This document shows, one piece after another, positions 1-8,952 of a DNA stretch of 64,000 nucleotides. The stretch is from Candidatus Freyarchaeum deiterrae (GTDB taxonomy: Archaea > Asgardarchaeota > Jordiarchaeia > Jordiarchaeales > Jordiarchaeaceae): positions 2,784,001 through 2,848,000 of the forward strand of contig CP147778.1 of the NCBI GenBank assembly GCA_037305845.1, read 5' to 3'. The position numbers and the translations under genes are program-made. The notes below the pieces were generated by a model. The model was not told the DNA's origin, made no database searches, and saw only the letters and a list, made by a program, of their open reading frames with translations. The stretch's first letter is position 1. Each line of letters opens with the position of its first letter.

Positions 1-1479
1 TTCGGCACCTTTGTTCTTAAGATTATACTTGTACTCGTTTATCTGATAGTAATACGTTTCAATGACCGATCCTCTTACAATGACTTCGTGCACCGACTCG
101 TACAGACTTTTAACTTCTTTATTGACTGCAACGTCCTGATCTACTGCGTAGGCTAAGAGACGCTTCTCTCCATCGACCATGAATGGCAGCATGCACTCCC
201 CGACATAGGAGTTCTCCTCATAAACCGTAACCGGTCCTTCCTCTAAGGTTAAACCACTGGTATTCTTCACTTCTATGCAGGATACCGGATTTCCCACACG
301 AGCACTCTCATTATAAACAAGTATCTTTTTACCCTCAATCTCAGTGTAAATAAAGGGCACCAGAGCAGAGTGGTTCCTCCTGATGGTTACAGGAGTTGAA
401 ATACTGTAGAAGAAGAACTCACCCGCCTTAGCTGCTTCAGCCGAAACCGAAGCCGCTGCCGTAGTGGCCGCAGCGAAAGAAGCGTGCTCCCCGTACATTC
501 CAGGGGCTGCTTCAGCAACGGGCTTGGGTGAGGGAGGCATTGCCATTGGGCGAGCGGCTCGTTTATGTTCAGCTTTCTCTTTCTTGGCGTATTCGTTTTT
601 ATCATAATCATCGAAGGCTTCTTTTTGTTTGAGGTCTAGTTCCATTCCCTCTTCTAGGCTGACTGGCGTCACTCCTGCGGTTTCCTTCACACTAATCTCG
701 GGTCTCCACATGTATCTTGCAGAATATAGATTGTGTCTGAACGATATTGGTAATCCTGCCATTAGAGTAAGGTTGATATCCACCCAATCTTCATCAGACA
801 TATTGTCAACAAGCGCCCAACCCTGTATCCATAGGTTCTCAGCGGAATAGTTGAGTCGGTAGCTGGTTTTCCAAACCGAAACTTCCACGGTGTAACTTAT
901 TGCTACTTCTCTTTCTCCTTCTCCCCTAAATTGTAGGTTTAGGGTTTTCTTATTTTTTCTTCTTGAGTCATAAACTGTGTCGATGAAGTAGTTTATGTCT
1001 TTTTTAACGTCTTCGTCTAGGGTTTGAAGCTTCTTAATGTCTGTGAGGTTAACGCTTTTAATTATAGCGTCTTCCTGTAATAGAACTAGGAACTTTTTTT
1101 CTCTTTCCACGTCGTTCTCTTTTTCTATTACATGTTCGACCCCAAGGATTCTTCCTGTTAGTTGCTCTGTTCCTGCGACCAGGCCTATTTTGACGCCCAT
1201 CATCTGTTTAAGCAGGCTGGTTAAAGAATCTTCCACGGGGATTTGGATTCCCACTTTTTCGAGCAGTCTGCTTGTTTCCTGCGCTGCTTCATAGTCTACC
1301 GCGGAAATTTTTCCACCGCCGTAATCTATTGCTGAGAGGCTCTTCAGTACATCGTTGATTTCTTTTTCATCAAAAGAAATCTTGAACTCGTCGTCGCCGT
1401 TCACTTTCCCTATACGTTCAAAGTATCCTAAGCCATGCTTGAAAAGCACTACCCTTTTTAAAGGAATAGAAGTTGTCAT
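1..1479 (-). CDS. DUF4139/DUF4140-like (MuiA-like) protein, 3' end truncated by window edge; missed by ORF track
   Basis: ATG at 1479 reads MTTSIPLKRVVLFKHGLGYFERIGKV...EINDVLKSLSAID; the same frame is open at position 1 (...YQINEYKYNLKNKGAE). The N-terminal V.LFK.G.GYF motif is typical of this family. Confidence 0.75.
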   Translation of the reverse strand, partial: MTTSIPLKRVVLFKHGLGYFERIGKVNGDDEFKISFDEKEINDVLKSLSAIDYGGGKISAVDYEAAQETSRLLEKVGIQIPVEDSLTSLLKQMMGVKIGLVAGTEQLTGRILGVEHVIEKENDVEREKKFLVLLQEDAIIKSVNLTDIKKLQTLDEDVKKDINYFIDTVYDSRRKNKKTLNLQFRGEGEREVAISYTVEVSVWKTSYRLNYSAENLWIQGWALVDNMSDEDWVDINLTLMAGLPISFRHNLYSARYMWRPEISVKETAGVTPVSLEEGMELDLKQKEAFDDYDKNEYAKKEKAEHKRAARPMAMPPSPKPVAEAAPGMYGEHASFAAATTAAASVSAEAAKAGEFFFYSISTPVTIRRNHSALVPFIYTEIEGKKILVYNESARVGNPVSCIEVKNTSGLTLEEGPVTVYEENSYVGECMLPFMVDGEKRLLAYAVDQDVAVNKEVKSLYESVHEVIVRGSVIETYYYQINEYKYNLKNKGAE

Positions 1480-1511
1480 AAGTAGAAACTTGTTCGCTAA
1501 AAATATTAATC

Positions 1512-1527
1512 TACCCCTATAGAGGTA
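1512..1527. promoter_or_regulatory. near-perfect palindrome TACCCCTATAGAGGTA, candidate operator next to the AT-rich TATA-like box of the minus-strand gene at 1479
   Basis: 16-nt dyad with one mismatched pair, adjacent to AT-rich 1501-1510. Confidence 0.35.
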
Positions 1528-1648
1528 CACAGATGGTTGTTCATCCCTTCCCTCCTCTCCTAAAAATTGGAGATTCTCCCTGACCCCACTAAAGAAGTGG
1601 AACCAGAAAAACCAGAAAACTAGGCAAAACCCTATGATAAAAATACTT

Positions 1649-2371
1649 CTACTGATAAAATGAAGCAGAATAGAGGTCATTGGAAAATTCTAAGGGCAAT
1701 CCCACTCTTTTTATTGCCAGAGCGGTTTCGTCTATGTTATAGGGAACCCTTTTGAAAGTTACTTTAAGGTCATTTTCTACTTCCAGTAGCGCGTAGCATG
1801 CCCGGCGATCACCATCCTTCGGTTTACCCACGCTACCAGTGTTCACTATGTGAATTCCATCTACTATCCTATGATATGGTACATGAGTGTGACCGCATAT
1901 TAGTAAGTCTATATCTAGTGGTTTAAGCATTCGTATTAAATTTTTTTCTGGTCTGTCCTCGTAGAGGTATTCATTTATTCTTCGTGGGCTTCCGTGGACG
2001 TGCAGTACTCTGAACCTCTCCCAGGTGTAATTAGTATTTCCTAGAAGATTTTTTAGGAAAGACTTGTTTTCTTCACTAACATTTTCTATAGTCCATTCTA
2101 GTGAAATTTTTCCCAAGTCGACTTCCTTTTGGCTGCGGTAAGCACAGCCGCAATCATCTCTGTTAAATCCCACCCCGTCGTCATAGTTGCCCATGATTGT
2201 AGGTATTTTCCTATCCCTTAGAATCTTAATAACTTGGTTTGGAAAAGGACCATAGCCAACCAAATCCCCTCCACACAGTACCAAATCCACGTTCTCATTG
2301 GATATGCTTTTTAAGACTTCTTCGAGGGCGGATAGATTTGAATGAATATCTGAAAAAATCGCAACACGCAT
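1649..2371 (-). CDS. metallophosphoesterase (YfcE/MJ0936-like calcineurin-like family)
   Basis: SDIHSN, GDLVGYG, GNYD, HGSP, GHTH and NTGSVG motifs. Start moved to ATG 2371 behind a GAGGTG SD. Confidence 0.9.
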   Translation of the reverse strand: MRVAIFSDIHSNLSALEEVLKSISNENVDLVLCGGDLVGYGPFPNQVIKILRDRKIPTIMGNYDDGVGFNRDDCGCAYRSQKEVDLGKISLEWTIENVSEENKSFLKNLLGNTNYTWERFRVLHVHGSPRRINEYLYEDRPEKNLIRMLKPLDIDLLICGHTHVPYHRIVDGIHIVNTGSVGKPKDGDRRACYALLEVENDLKVTFKRVPYNIDETALAIKRVGLPLEFSNDLYSASFYQ

Positions 2372-2681
2372 AAGAAACACCTCTAGTAAGAAATAAAAGT
2401 TAAACATATATTAATTTTAAGAACCAATTCGGTACATTTCTTCTTAGCTGTTTATTTCTTCTGGGGGATCACTCGAATTGTTTTCTATCCTTTTTGGTAA
2501 TTTTTCAGAATAACAACCATTTTACTCTTTTGAATTTAATTATTCTCAAATTCGTTCTATAAATTCATTTTATTAAGGAGTTTAAGATATCCCCAATTAA
2601 CACATATTCGAAATAGTTATAAAAATAAGCGTACAAAATTGATTCGATAAATAACACAGTTAGGATTATGGGGACAATACA

Positions 2682-5477
2682 ATGTCAGAGTGGATTTCTA
2701 AAGATGTAGATACTACTGAGGAGACGCTAAAGACTAGTCTTGAAAGGGGATTGTCCTCCAAAGAGGCTGAGAAGCGGCTGGAAAAGTATGGACCAAATAT
2801 ACTGGTAAAAGAGTTTAAAGTCCGCTTTTGGGCAATCTTTAAGGAAGAGGTCACAGAACCCCTTATACTTCTACTTATAGGCGTTGGCATTCTCTATAGC
2901 TTCTGGGGAGAACTGAGAGACGCTATAACCATTATTGTAATCGTATCAGTCTTGGTTATTGTTGAAGTGTGGAATGAGTATCGAGCCAAGCTTTCAATAA
3001 ATTCACTGCAAAGACTAGCGTCGCCCACAGTACTGGTGCTGAGAGACGGAAAATTAACTGAAATCCGAACAACCGAAGTAGTTCCCGGTGATGTCCTACC
3101 AATCGTGGCGGGGCAGCGTATTCCAGCAGACCTCAGACTGGTTGAAGCTTATGGAGTATCCGCAGACGAATCATCACTCACCGGAGAATCGGTTCCCGTC
3201 TACAAAGACTCAAGCCAAGTACTACCCAAAGAAACAGAACTAGCGGAAAGAACTAACATGGTTTACGCTGGAACAATCATTACCAGTGGTGAGGGTAAAG
3301 GCGTTGTTGTCGCCACAAGTGTGAACACTGAAATAGGTAAAATCGCTGGAATCTTGGCGTCGGTGAAACCGCCTAAGACACCCCTCCAGCTTGCCATGAA
3401 GAGCCTTAGTAAATGGTTGATTTGGATCGCTATATTCTTTAGCGCGTTAATACCCCTTCTACTATATCTGAGGGGTCAACCATTACAAAACATCTTAATC
3501 AACTTTATACTATTTGGGGCTTTTCAGGGATGGGTTCCCTACTGGTTTGTACAATTTTTGTACTCTCCGTTAGGATATATTGACCTAACCACGATTCAAA
3601 CATCGATTAGTTCATTTTTCGGCTTTAATCCTATACAACGAATAGAACAGCTTATTTTGACTGGCTTATCGTTGGCTTTCGTCACTGTGCCAGAGGAGCT
3701 ACCCATAATAATTACCATGGTTTTGGGTTTAGGGGCCTACGCTCTTTCCCGAAAAAATACTATTGTGAAGAGACTGAAGGCAGCTGAAACTTTGGGAAGC
3801 GTTACTGTGATTTGTACAGACAAAACCGGCACAATTACACAAAACAGAATGACTCTGAAGAGTATCTATTCTGATAGTCATCTGACAGAGGAACTTTCCA
3901 AGAAAAATTCTCACCAACAAATCTTGGAAGCAGGGTTACTGTCAAGCGAGGCGTTCAGCGCAGTAAAAAGCACAAAAGCAATGTACCGAAACCCAATGAG
4001 CATAGCGATTCTTGAAGTCGCCAAGAAAAATAAAATAAACACAGATAAATTACAGAAAAAATACATGATAAAAGAGAAGTTCGTTTTTGACAGAGACCGT
4101 AAGATGGAATCCTTCATCTATCAAAACCAGCAAGACAAAGAACTGTACGTTTTCTCAGCCGGAGCACCGGAATCAATCATCGACAGATCCTCAAAGAAAG
4201 TAGAAAATGGAAAAGAAACTGATTTCATAACCGCAGATAGAATGAATCTCAAAGAAGTCGCCTCCGAGATGGCAGGCAATGGAGAGAGATTAATCGCAGT
4301 TGCCTACAGGAAACTCCCCCGCCAAGAAAAGCTGAGTATGGAACAAGTGGAGAGGAACCTAGTATTCGTAGGCATAATAGGCTTCTACGATCCACCAAGA
4401 CCAGAGGTCAAGGATGCCATACTCCTATGCCAAAGAGCGGGCATAAGAATCATAATGATAACTGGTGACCACCCTCAGACGGCGAAGGCAATAGCCTCAA
4501 GTGTTGGAATTAACACCGATGCAGGTGTCCTCTCTGGGGCTGAGATTAACGCAATGAGCGATAAAGAACTAGGAAAGGCGGTAAAGATGATTTCTGTTTT
4601 TGCGAGAGCCACTCCCGAACACAAACTAAGAATCGTAAAGCTTCTAAGAAAACAGGGTGAGGTCGTCGCAGTAACAGGAGACGGAATCAACGACGCTCCC
4701 GCTCTAAAAGAGGCGGAAATCGGAATCGCCATGGGCGTCAGAGGCACCGATGTGGCTAAGGAAACAGCAGACATGGTTCTCGCGGATGATAACTTCGCAA
4801 CAGTTGAGACCGCGGTCAGAGAAGGGCGAAAAATGTACGACAACCTCAGAAAAGGCGTACGCTACTACCTAGGTGTAAAAATTGCATTATTGGCAATATT
4901 CGTATTACCTATTCTCCTAGGTATACCTCAACCATTCGCCCCCATTCAAATCATAGTACTCGAACTGTTCATGGATCTCGCGGCATCAGCCACATTTGTA
5001 GCAGAACCCGCAGAATCCGATATAATGACACGACCCCCACGTGACCCCAAAGAGCGATTCATAAAAAGAAGCCTACAGTTTAGTATTTTCTTAAACGCCG
5101 CATCACTATTCGCAGCGGTTTCTATATGCTATCTCTTCATCTACTATAGAACATTAAATATAACCGTAGCTCAGACGGTAGCATTCGCGGCCTGGATGGT
5201 TGGGCACATTTTCCTAGCGTTTAATTCGCGTTCCGAGAGAGAATCGCTACGCAGCCTAGGATTCTTCTCCAACAAGGTTATGGTAGCCTGGGCGGTTCTG
5301 GCAATAGGAACACTGATCGCGGCAACAATGGTGCCACTAGTACAGGGCCTTCTAAAGGTAACCTACTTAGATCCAATGAACTGGGCCATTGTATTCATTG
5401 TAACTTTTGTCTGCACGTTCTGGCTAGAAGTCAAAAAATACATACAATCCAGAAGGCGGAAGAGGAAAAGCAAATAA
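2682..5477 (+). CDS. cation-transporting P-type ATPase (P2-like)
   Basis: TGES, DKTGT, TGD and [10 protein letters not shown] motifs; about 10 TM; PEELP in TM4. Confidence 0.93.
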   Translation: MSEWISKDVDTTEETLKTSLERGLSSKEAEKRLEKYGPNILVKEFKVRFWAIFKEEVTEPLILLLIGVGILYSFWGELRDAITIIVIVSVLVIVEVWNEYRAKLSINSLQRLASPTVLVLRDGKLTEIRTTEVVPGDVLPIVAGQRIPADLRLVEAYGVSADESSLTGESVPVYKDSSQVLPKETELAERTNMVYAGTIITSGEGKGVVVATSVNTEIGKIAGILASVKPPKTPLQLAMKSLSKWLIWIAIFFSALIPLLLYLRGQPLQNILINFILFGAFQGWVPYWFVQFLYSPLGYIDLTTIQTSISSFFGFNPIQRIEQLILTGLSLAFVTVPEELPIIITMVLGLGAYALSRKNTIVKRLKAAETLGSVTVICTDKTGTITQNRMTLKSIYSDSHLTEELSKKNSHQQILEAGLLSSEAFSAVKSTKAMYRNPMSIAILEVAKKNKINTDKLQKKYMIKEKFVFDRDRKMESFIYQNQQDKELYVFSAGAPESIIDRSSKKVENGKETDFITADRMNLKEVASEMAGNGERLIAVAYRKLPRQEKLSMEQVERNLVFVGIIGFYDPPRPEVKDAILLCQRAGIRIIMITGDHPQTAKAIASSVGINTDAGVLSGAEINAMSDKELGKAVKMISVFARATPEHKLRIVKLLRKQGEVVAVTGDGINDAPALKEAEIGIAMGVRGTDVAKETADMVLADDNFATVETAVREGRKMYDNLRKGVRYYLGVKIALLAIFVLPILLGIPQPFAPIQIIVLELFMDLAASATFVAEPAESDIMTRPPRDPKERFIKRSLQFSIFLNAASLFAAVSICYLFIYYRTLNITVAQTVAFAAWMVGHIFLAFNSRSERESLRSLGFFSNKVMVAWAVLAIGTLIAATMVPLVQGLLKVTYLDPMNWAIVFIVTFVCTFWLEVKKYIQSRRRKRKSK

Positions 5478-5575
5478 AACAAAAAAGGGCATCAATCTAT
5501 AACCCTCTTTTCTTTTTAAATTGATTCTCGGATAAACTAAAACGGGTCATAAAATAGTACTCCTTGGTGTTCGCA

Positions 5576-6427
5576 ATGAATCTTAACGAAGAACAGCTCA
5601 TAAATACCCCTGTAAAAATTAGTGAATTGAGCGAGGAAGACATCCGAAAGCTTATCTCCGATGCGCAAACAGTTCTGGATAAGGATACCCCCCTAGTTCG
5701 TTTCTATGGGAGTAAATTTTTGTTTGTTGGAGATACCCATGGAGACCTAGAATCAACAATCTCGATTGTACGTCTATTCCTCAGAGAAAAATACGATGGC
5801 ATAATTTTTCTGGGGGATTACGTTGACCGAGGGTTAATGCAGATTGAAAACATTAATTACTTACTGACACTCAAGCTACTGCACCCCGAAAAAGTGATAC
5901 TTCTCAGAGGAAACCACGAGACTCCCCTGGCTAACAGTTACTTTGGTTTCATGGATGAAGTTTCAAGAACCTTTTCAAATGAATTTTATAGTCTTTACGC
6001 AGAACTATTCTCCCATCTTCCAAACTCTACCCTAGTCAATGGAGAAATTCTCTGCCTGCACGGCGGCCTTGCTAAAGGTCTCGACACAATTAAACAGATG
6101 GAAGACTTACCAAAAGAGATCAATGTTTCAAACCCGATCCTTTTTCAAATACTGTGGAATGATCCCCAGGATGATATAGATGGCTTCATTCCTAGTGATA
6201 GAGGCCCGGGTACATTTTATTTCGGGAAAGATGTTTTCGAAAACTTCGCAGAAAATAATAATTTAACCCATTTAATAAGAGCTCACGAAGTTTTCATAAA
6301 CGGCTACCACTGGTATTTCGGCGGCAGCGTACTAAGCCTATTCTCCTCAAGCAACTACGGTATACCACTAGACGCAAAAATAGCCGAACTAAACCCCGAG
6401 GGAGAATTAACCGTAATCCGTTTCTAA
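5576..6427 (+). CDS. PPP-family Ser/Thr protein phosphatase
   Basis: GDTHG, GDYVDRG, RGNHE, HGG, LWNDP, RAHE and SSSNY motifs. Confidence 0.92.
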   Translation: MNLNEEQLINTPVKISELSEEDIRKLISDAQTVLDKDTPLVRFYGSKFLFVGDTHGDLESTISIVRLFLREKYDGIIFLGDYVDRGLMQIENINYLLTLKLLHPEKVILLRGNHETPLANSYFGFMDEVSRTFSNEFYSLYAELFSHLPNSTLVNGEILCLHGGLAKGLDTIKQMEDLPKEINVSNPILFQILWNDPQDDIDGFIPSDRGPGTFYFGKDVFENFAENNNLTHLIRAHEVFINGYHWYFGGSVLSLFSSSNYGIPLDAKIAELNPEGELTVIRF

Positions 6428-6518
6428 GAATGTATATTTTTCCAAAATTTTGGAAAATGATTAGGAGAATAAAAAGAAGAATTGTTTTGTGCTTTTTAGA
6501 AAGCCTTTCGATTTTCTT

Positions 6519-8507
6519 TTATTCGCTTTTGGAAGAAACTTTGGTCGATGACTCTTCCTCTTTCTTCTCGTCCATTGTTCGCAGACCTATTCGCTGTTCA
6601 GCCGTTTGCAGAATTGCTTCCAGCATTTGGGCGTACGACATCCCCGCATACCTCGACATCTTTGCTAGGTGTCCGTCCCAGCACCATCCCGGGTTCGGGT
6701 TTATCTCAAGGAGTTTCGGTTGCCCCTCACCGTTAAGCCTCCAGTCGAATCGCCCGTAATCTCGAACCTCTAAACGTTCAAAAAGCATTAAACACGCCTT
6801 TATTACGAAGTTCTTTGTATTTTCCGGGAGTTCAGCTGGTACGGATTTAATGTTCCAGTAAGGGGATTCAGAAAGCCACTTAGCCTCGTATCCACAGATT
6901 TTGGGAAGATCTGTTGGTAGTGCCGAATAATCCTCCTCCGTTATAGGCAGCACCGTGTAAGACTCTGGTGGATTTCCAATTATACCGACACTGAGATCCT
7001 TCCCCGTGAGATACTCCTCTATAAGGATGGGCTTGTTATAGCCGAACGTCTCGCGTACATATGCTATCGCGTTTAGAGCCTCTTCAGAATTATGTACCAC
7101 ACATTTTTGCGTGATTCCAAAGCTGGAATCGCCAAAATTCGGTTTAACAATTCCAGGAAATCTGAAGGGTAGCTCAAAGGCTTTGTCTTCAGGTTTTATG
7201 AAGATGGCGTCGGGAACGGGGATTCCCATCTCTTTCGCAACACCACGCACCAAGGATTTGTCGTAGCAGTGGGCGAGAGCCTGAGGTCCGGAGCCTGTGT
7301 AGTTTATGTTGAGCTCCTCTAGTAGGGCTGCGATGTGCAGCTCCTTTTCCGGATCGTTTTGGTAACCCTCGTCGCACAGGTTAAAGACGTAGTCTATTTT
7401 GCCCCTCAGCTTCATTAAGTCTTGAATGAGAGTGTCGTGGCTGTTCAGGTATGAAAACTGATAGCCTTTAAGCTCCCTTAAGGCGTCCTTCAACTGGTCA
7501 ATAGTGTAAAGGTCATCTTCGTCAAACATCTTGCCCGGCTTCAGAGCGTCTGCTTTGGTAGGATCGCCCATAACCACTACTACGTGTTTCAATTCTTCTT
7601 TCGGCTTCTTTCTGACAGGAGTCCACTCCTTTTTGATCACGGATGTTACTATAATTCGTCTTTCCATCATACCCAGATCCTGATGGCGCTGAGAATCTGT
7701 AGCAATGCCACCATGGAAGGCGACGTCGCTTAAGCCCGCCTGCTGCAAAAGATTGGTTAGACTTTCTTTCGTATAAAGTCTCTCCGCGTAGAACTGATCA
7801 GCAATTGATCCCTTCTCTATGTTCGTGATTATTTCCCTAGATATGAGGCGCTGCTCATCAGCGGAGAGAGAGCGTTCCCTGACAACAAAGTGTTTTTTGT
7901 CTATCCATTCCCACGATCGAGGCTGGAAATTTTTTTTCAAGTACTCACCGTCAGCAACATCTATAAGCACTTTGCCCCATGGTTTGAGAACTCTAGACAT
8001 TTCTTTTAGCACTCTCAAGTCGTCGTGGATGGTTTCAAAGTAGCCGAAACTGTTTCCCAGAATCATGACCACATCAAAGGTATCTGGTGGGTAGGGGAGT
8101 TTTCGAGCGTCACCCTCTCTAAACCGAATGCTTAGTCCTTCTTTTTTGGCCTGCGTTTTAGCCTTCTGAATCAAATAGTTAGAGCGGTCGAGTCCCTCGA
8201 TGTACTTGAATCCTCTTCTGGACAGTTCCAGAGAGTGTCGTCCCTGTCCACAGCAGAGATCCAGAATTCTGTCGTCCTGCGAGAGTTTCAGGATCGATGA
8301 GAAGAGGTCTACTTCGTAGCGTGTTATGTTTTGGTCGTCTACCACATCTCCATCAGTCTTAAGATATAGATAATTGAAAATCCGCCTCCACCAATCGGGG
8401 GGAACATGCTCCTCAAGATCTTTAACGGGTCCCAATAGTTTTACTTGCTGCTTTTCGCTTTTACTCGGTTGTGGTGATTTAGGTGTAGATGGTTCTTTCT
8501 CATTCAT
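6519..8507 (-). CDS. class I SAM methyltransferase fused to a D-Ala-D-Ala-ligase-like ATP-grasp domain
   Basis: N-half has LDLCCGQGRH and GDAR. C-half has FNLCDEG, YTGS, DKSL, VKP..GDSS.GI, EEYL.G and RFD..LEINPNPG. Confidence 0.88.
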   Translation of the reverse strand: MNEKEPSTPKSPQPSKSEKQQVKLLGPVKDLEEHVPPDWWRRIFNYLYLKTDGDVVDDQNITRYEVDLFSSILKLSQDDRILDLCCGQGRHSLELSRRGFKYIEGLDRSNYLIQKAKTQAKKEGLSIRFREGDARKLPYPPDTFDVVMILGNSFGYFETIHDDLRVLKEMSRVLKPWGKVLIDVADGEYLKKNFQPRSWEWIDKKHFVVRERSLSADEQRLISREIITNIEKGSIADQFYAERLYTKESLTNLLQQAGLSDVAFHGGIATDSQRHQDLGMMERRIIVTSVIKKEWTPVRKKPKEELKHVVVVMGDPTKADALKPGKMFDEDDLYTIDQLKDALRELKGYQFSYLNSHDTLIQDLMKLRGKIDYVFNLCDEGYQNDPEKELHIAALLEELNINYTGSGPQALAHCYDKSLVRGVAKEMGIPVPDAIFIKPEDKAFELPFRFPGIVKPNFGDSSFGITQKCVVHNSEEALNAIAYVRETFGYNKPILIEEYLTGKDLSVGIIGNPPESYTVLPITEEDYSALPTDLPKICGYEAKWLSESPYWNIKSVPAELPENTKNFVIKACLMLFERLEVRDYGRFDWRLNGEGQPKLLEINPNPGWCWDGHLAKMSRYAGMSYAQMLEAILQTAEQRIGLRTMDEKKEEESSTKVSSKSE

Positions 8508-8952
8508 CGTTTTTCATCCTCTATTCCATCAAAACCTGCCTAAAATTAATACTCCTATGTAAAGTTTCAATAAAAAAGTAATTCAAAAAAGCAGAGATAC
8601 TGGAGAAAGATACTATCGTATTATCCAACCCGATGGGCAAGCAAAAGGAGAGAACACCGAACTGATAGAAGTGATTCATGCACTCGTATTCTTCACTTTT
8701 TTCCAGTAGCTGGACAGCTATGATGTGCGCAAAACTAGCTTTTTTCCCCGTTTTCGGATATGTACATTTCGTGTTATACCCTGCGTCTTTTTTCGTATAT
8801 ACTACAACCCTTTTCAGCCGTTCTGCTCAAATCAAATCAGGTGGATCTTCACTCTTTCTCAGTTCCCTATTTCAACACAAAAAAGAAATTAATTTCTATG
8901 GTTTTAAATCTTGCCCCTCACTATTTCCTCCGTGTTTTTCTTTGCTTCTTCT

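Noticed and set aside
387-1294. ORF-track calls 387-611, 629-850 and 1037-1294
   Set aside because: Shadow frames of the long edge-truncated minus-strand gene 1-1479.
6430-6759. 109-aa + ORF after the phosphatase
   Set aside because: Mostly antisense to the methyltransferase-ligase gene; no motif or SD.
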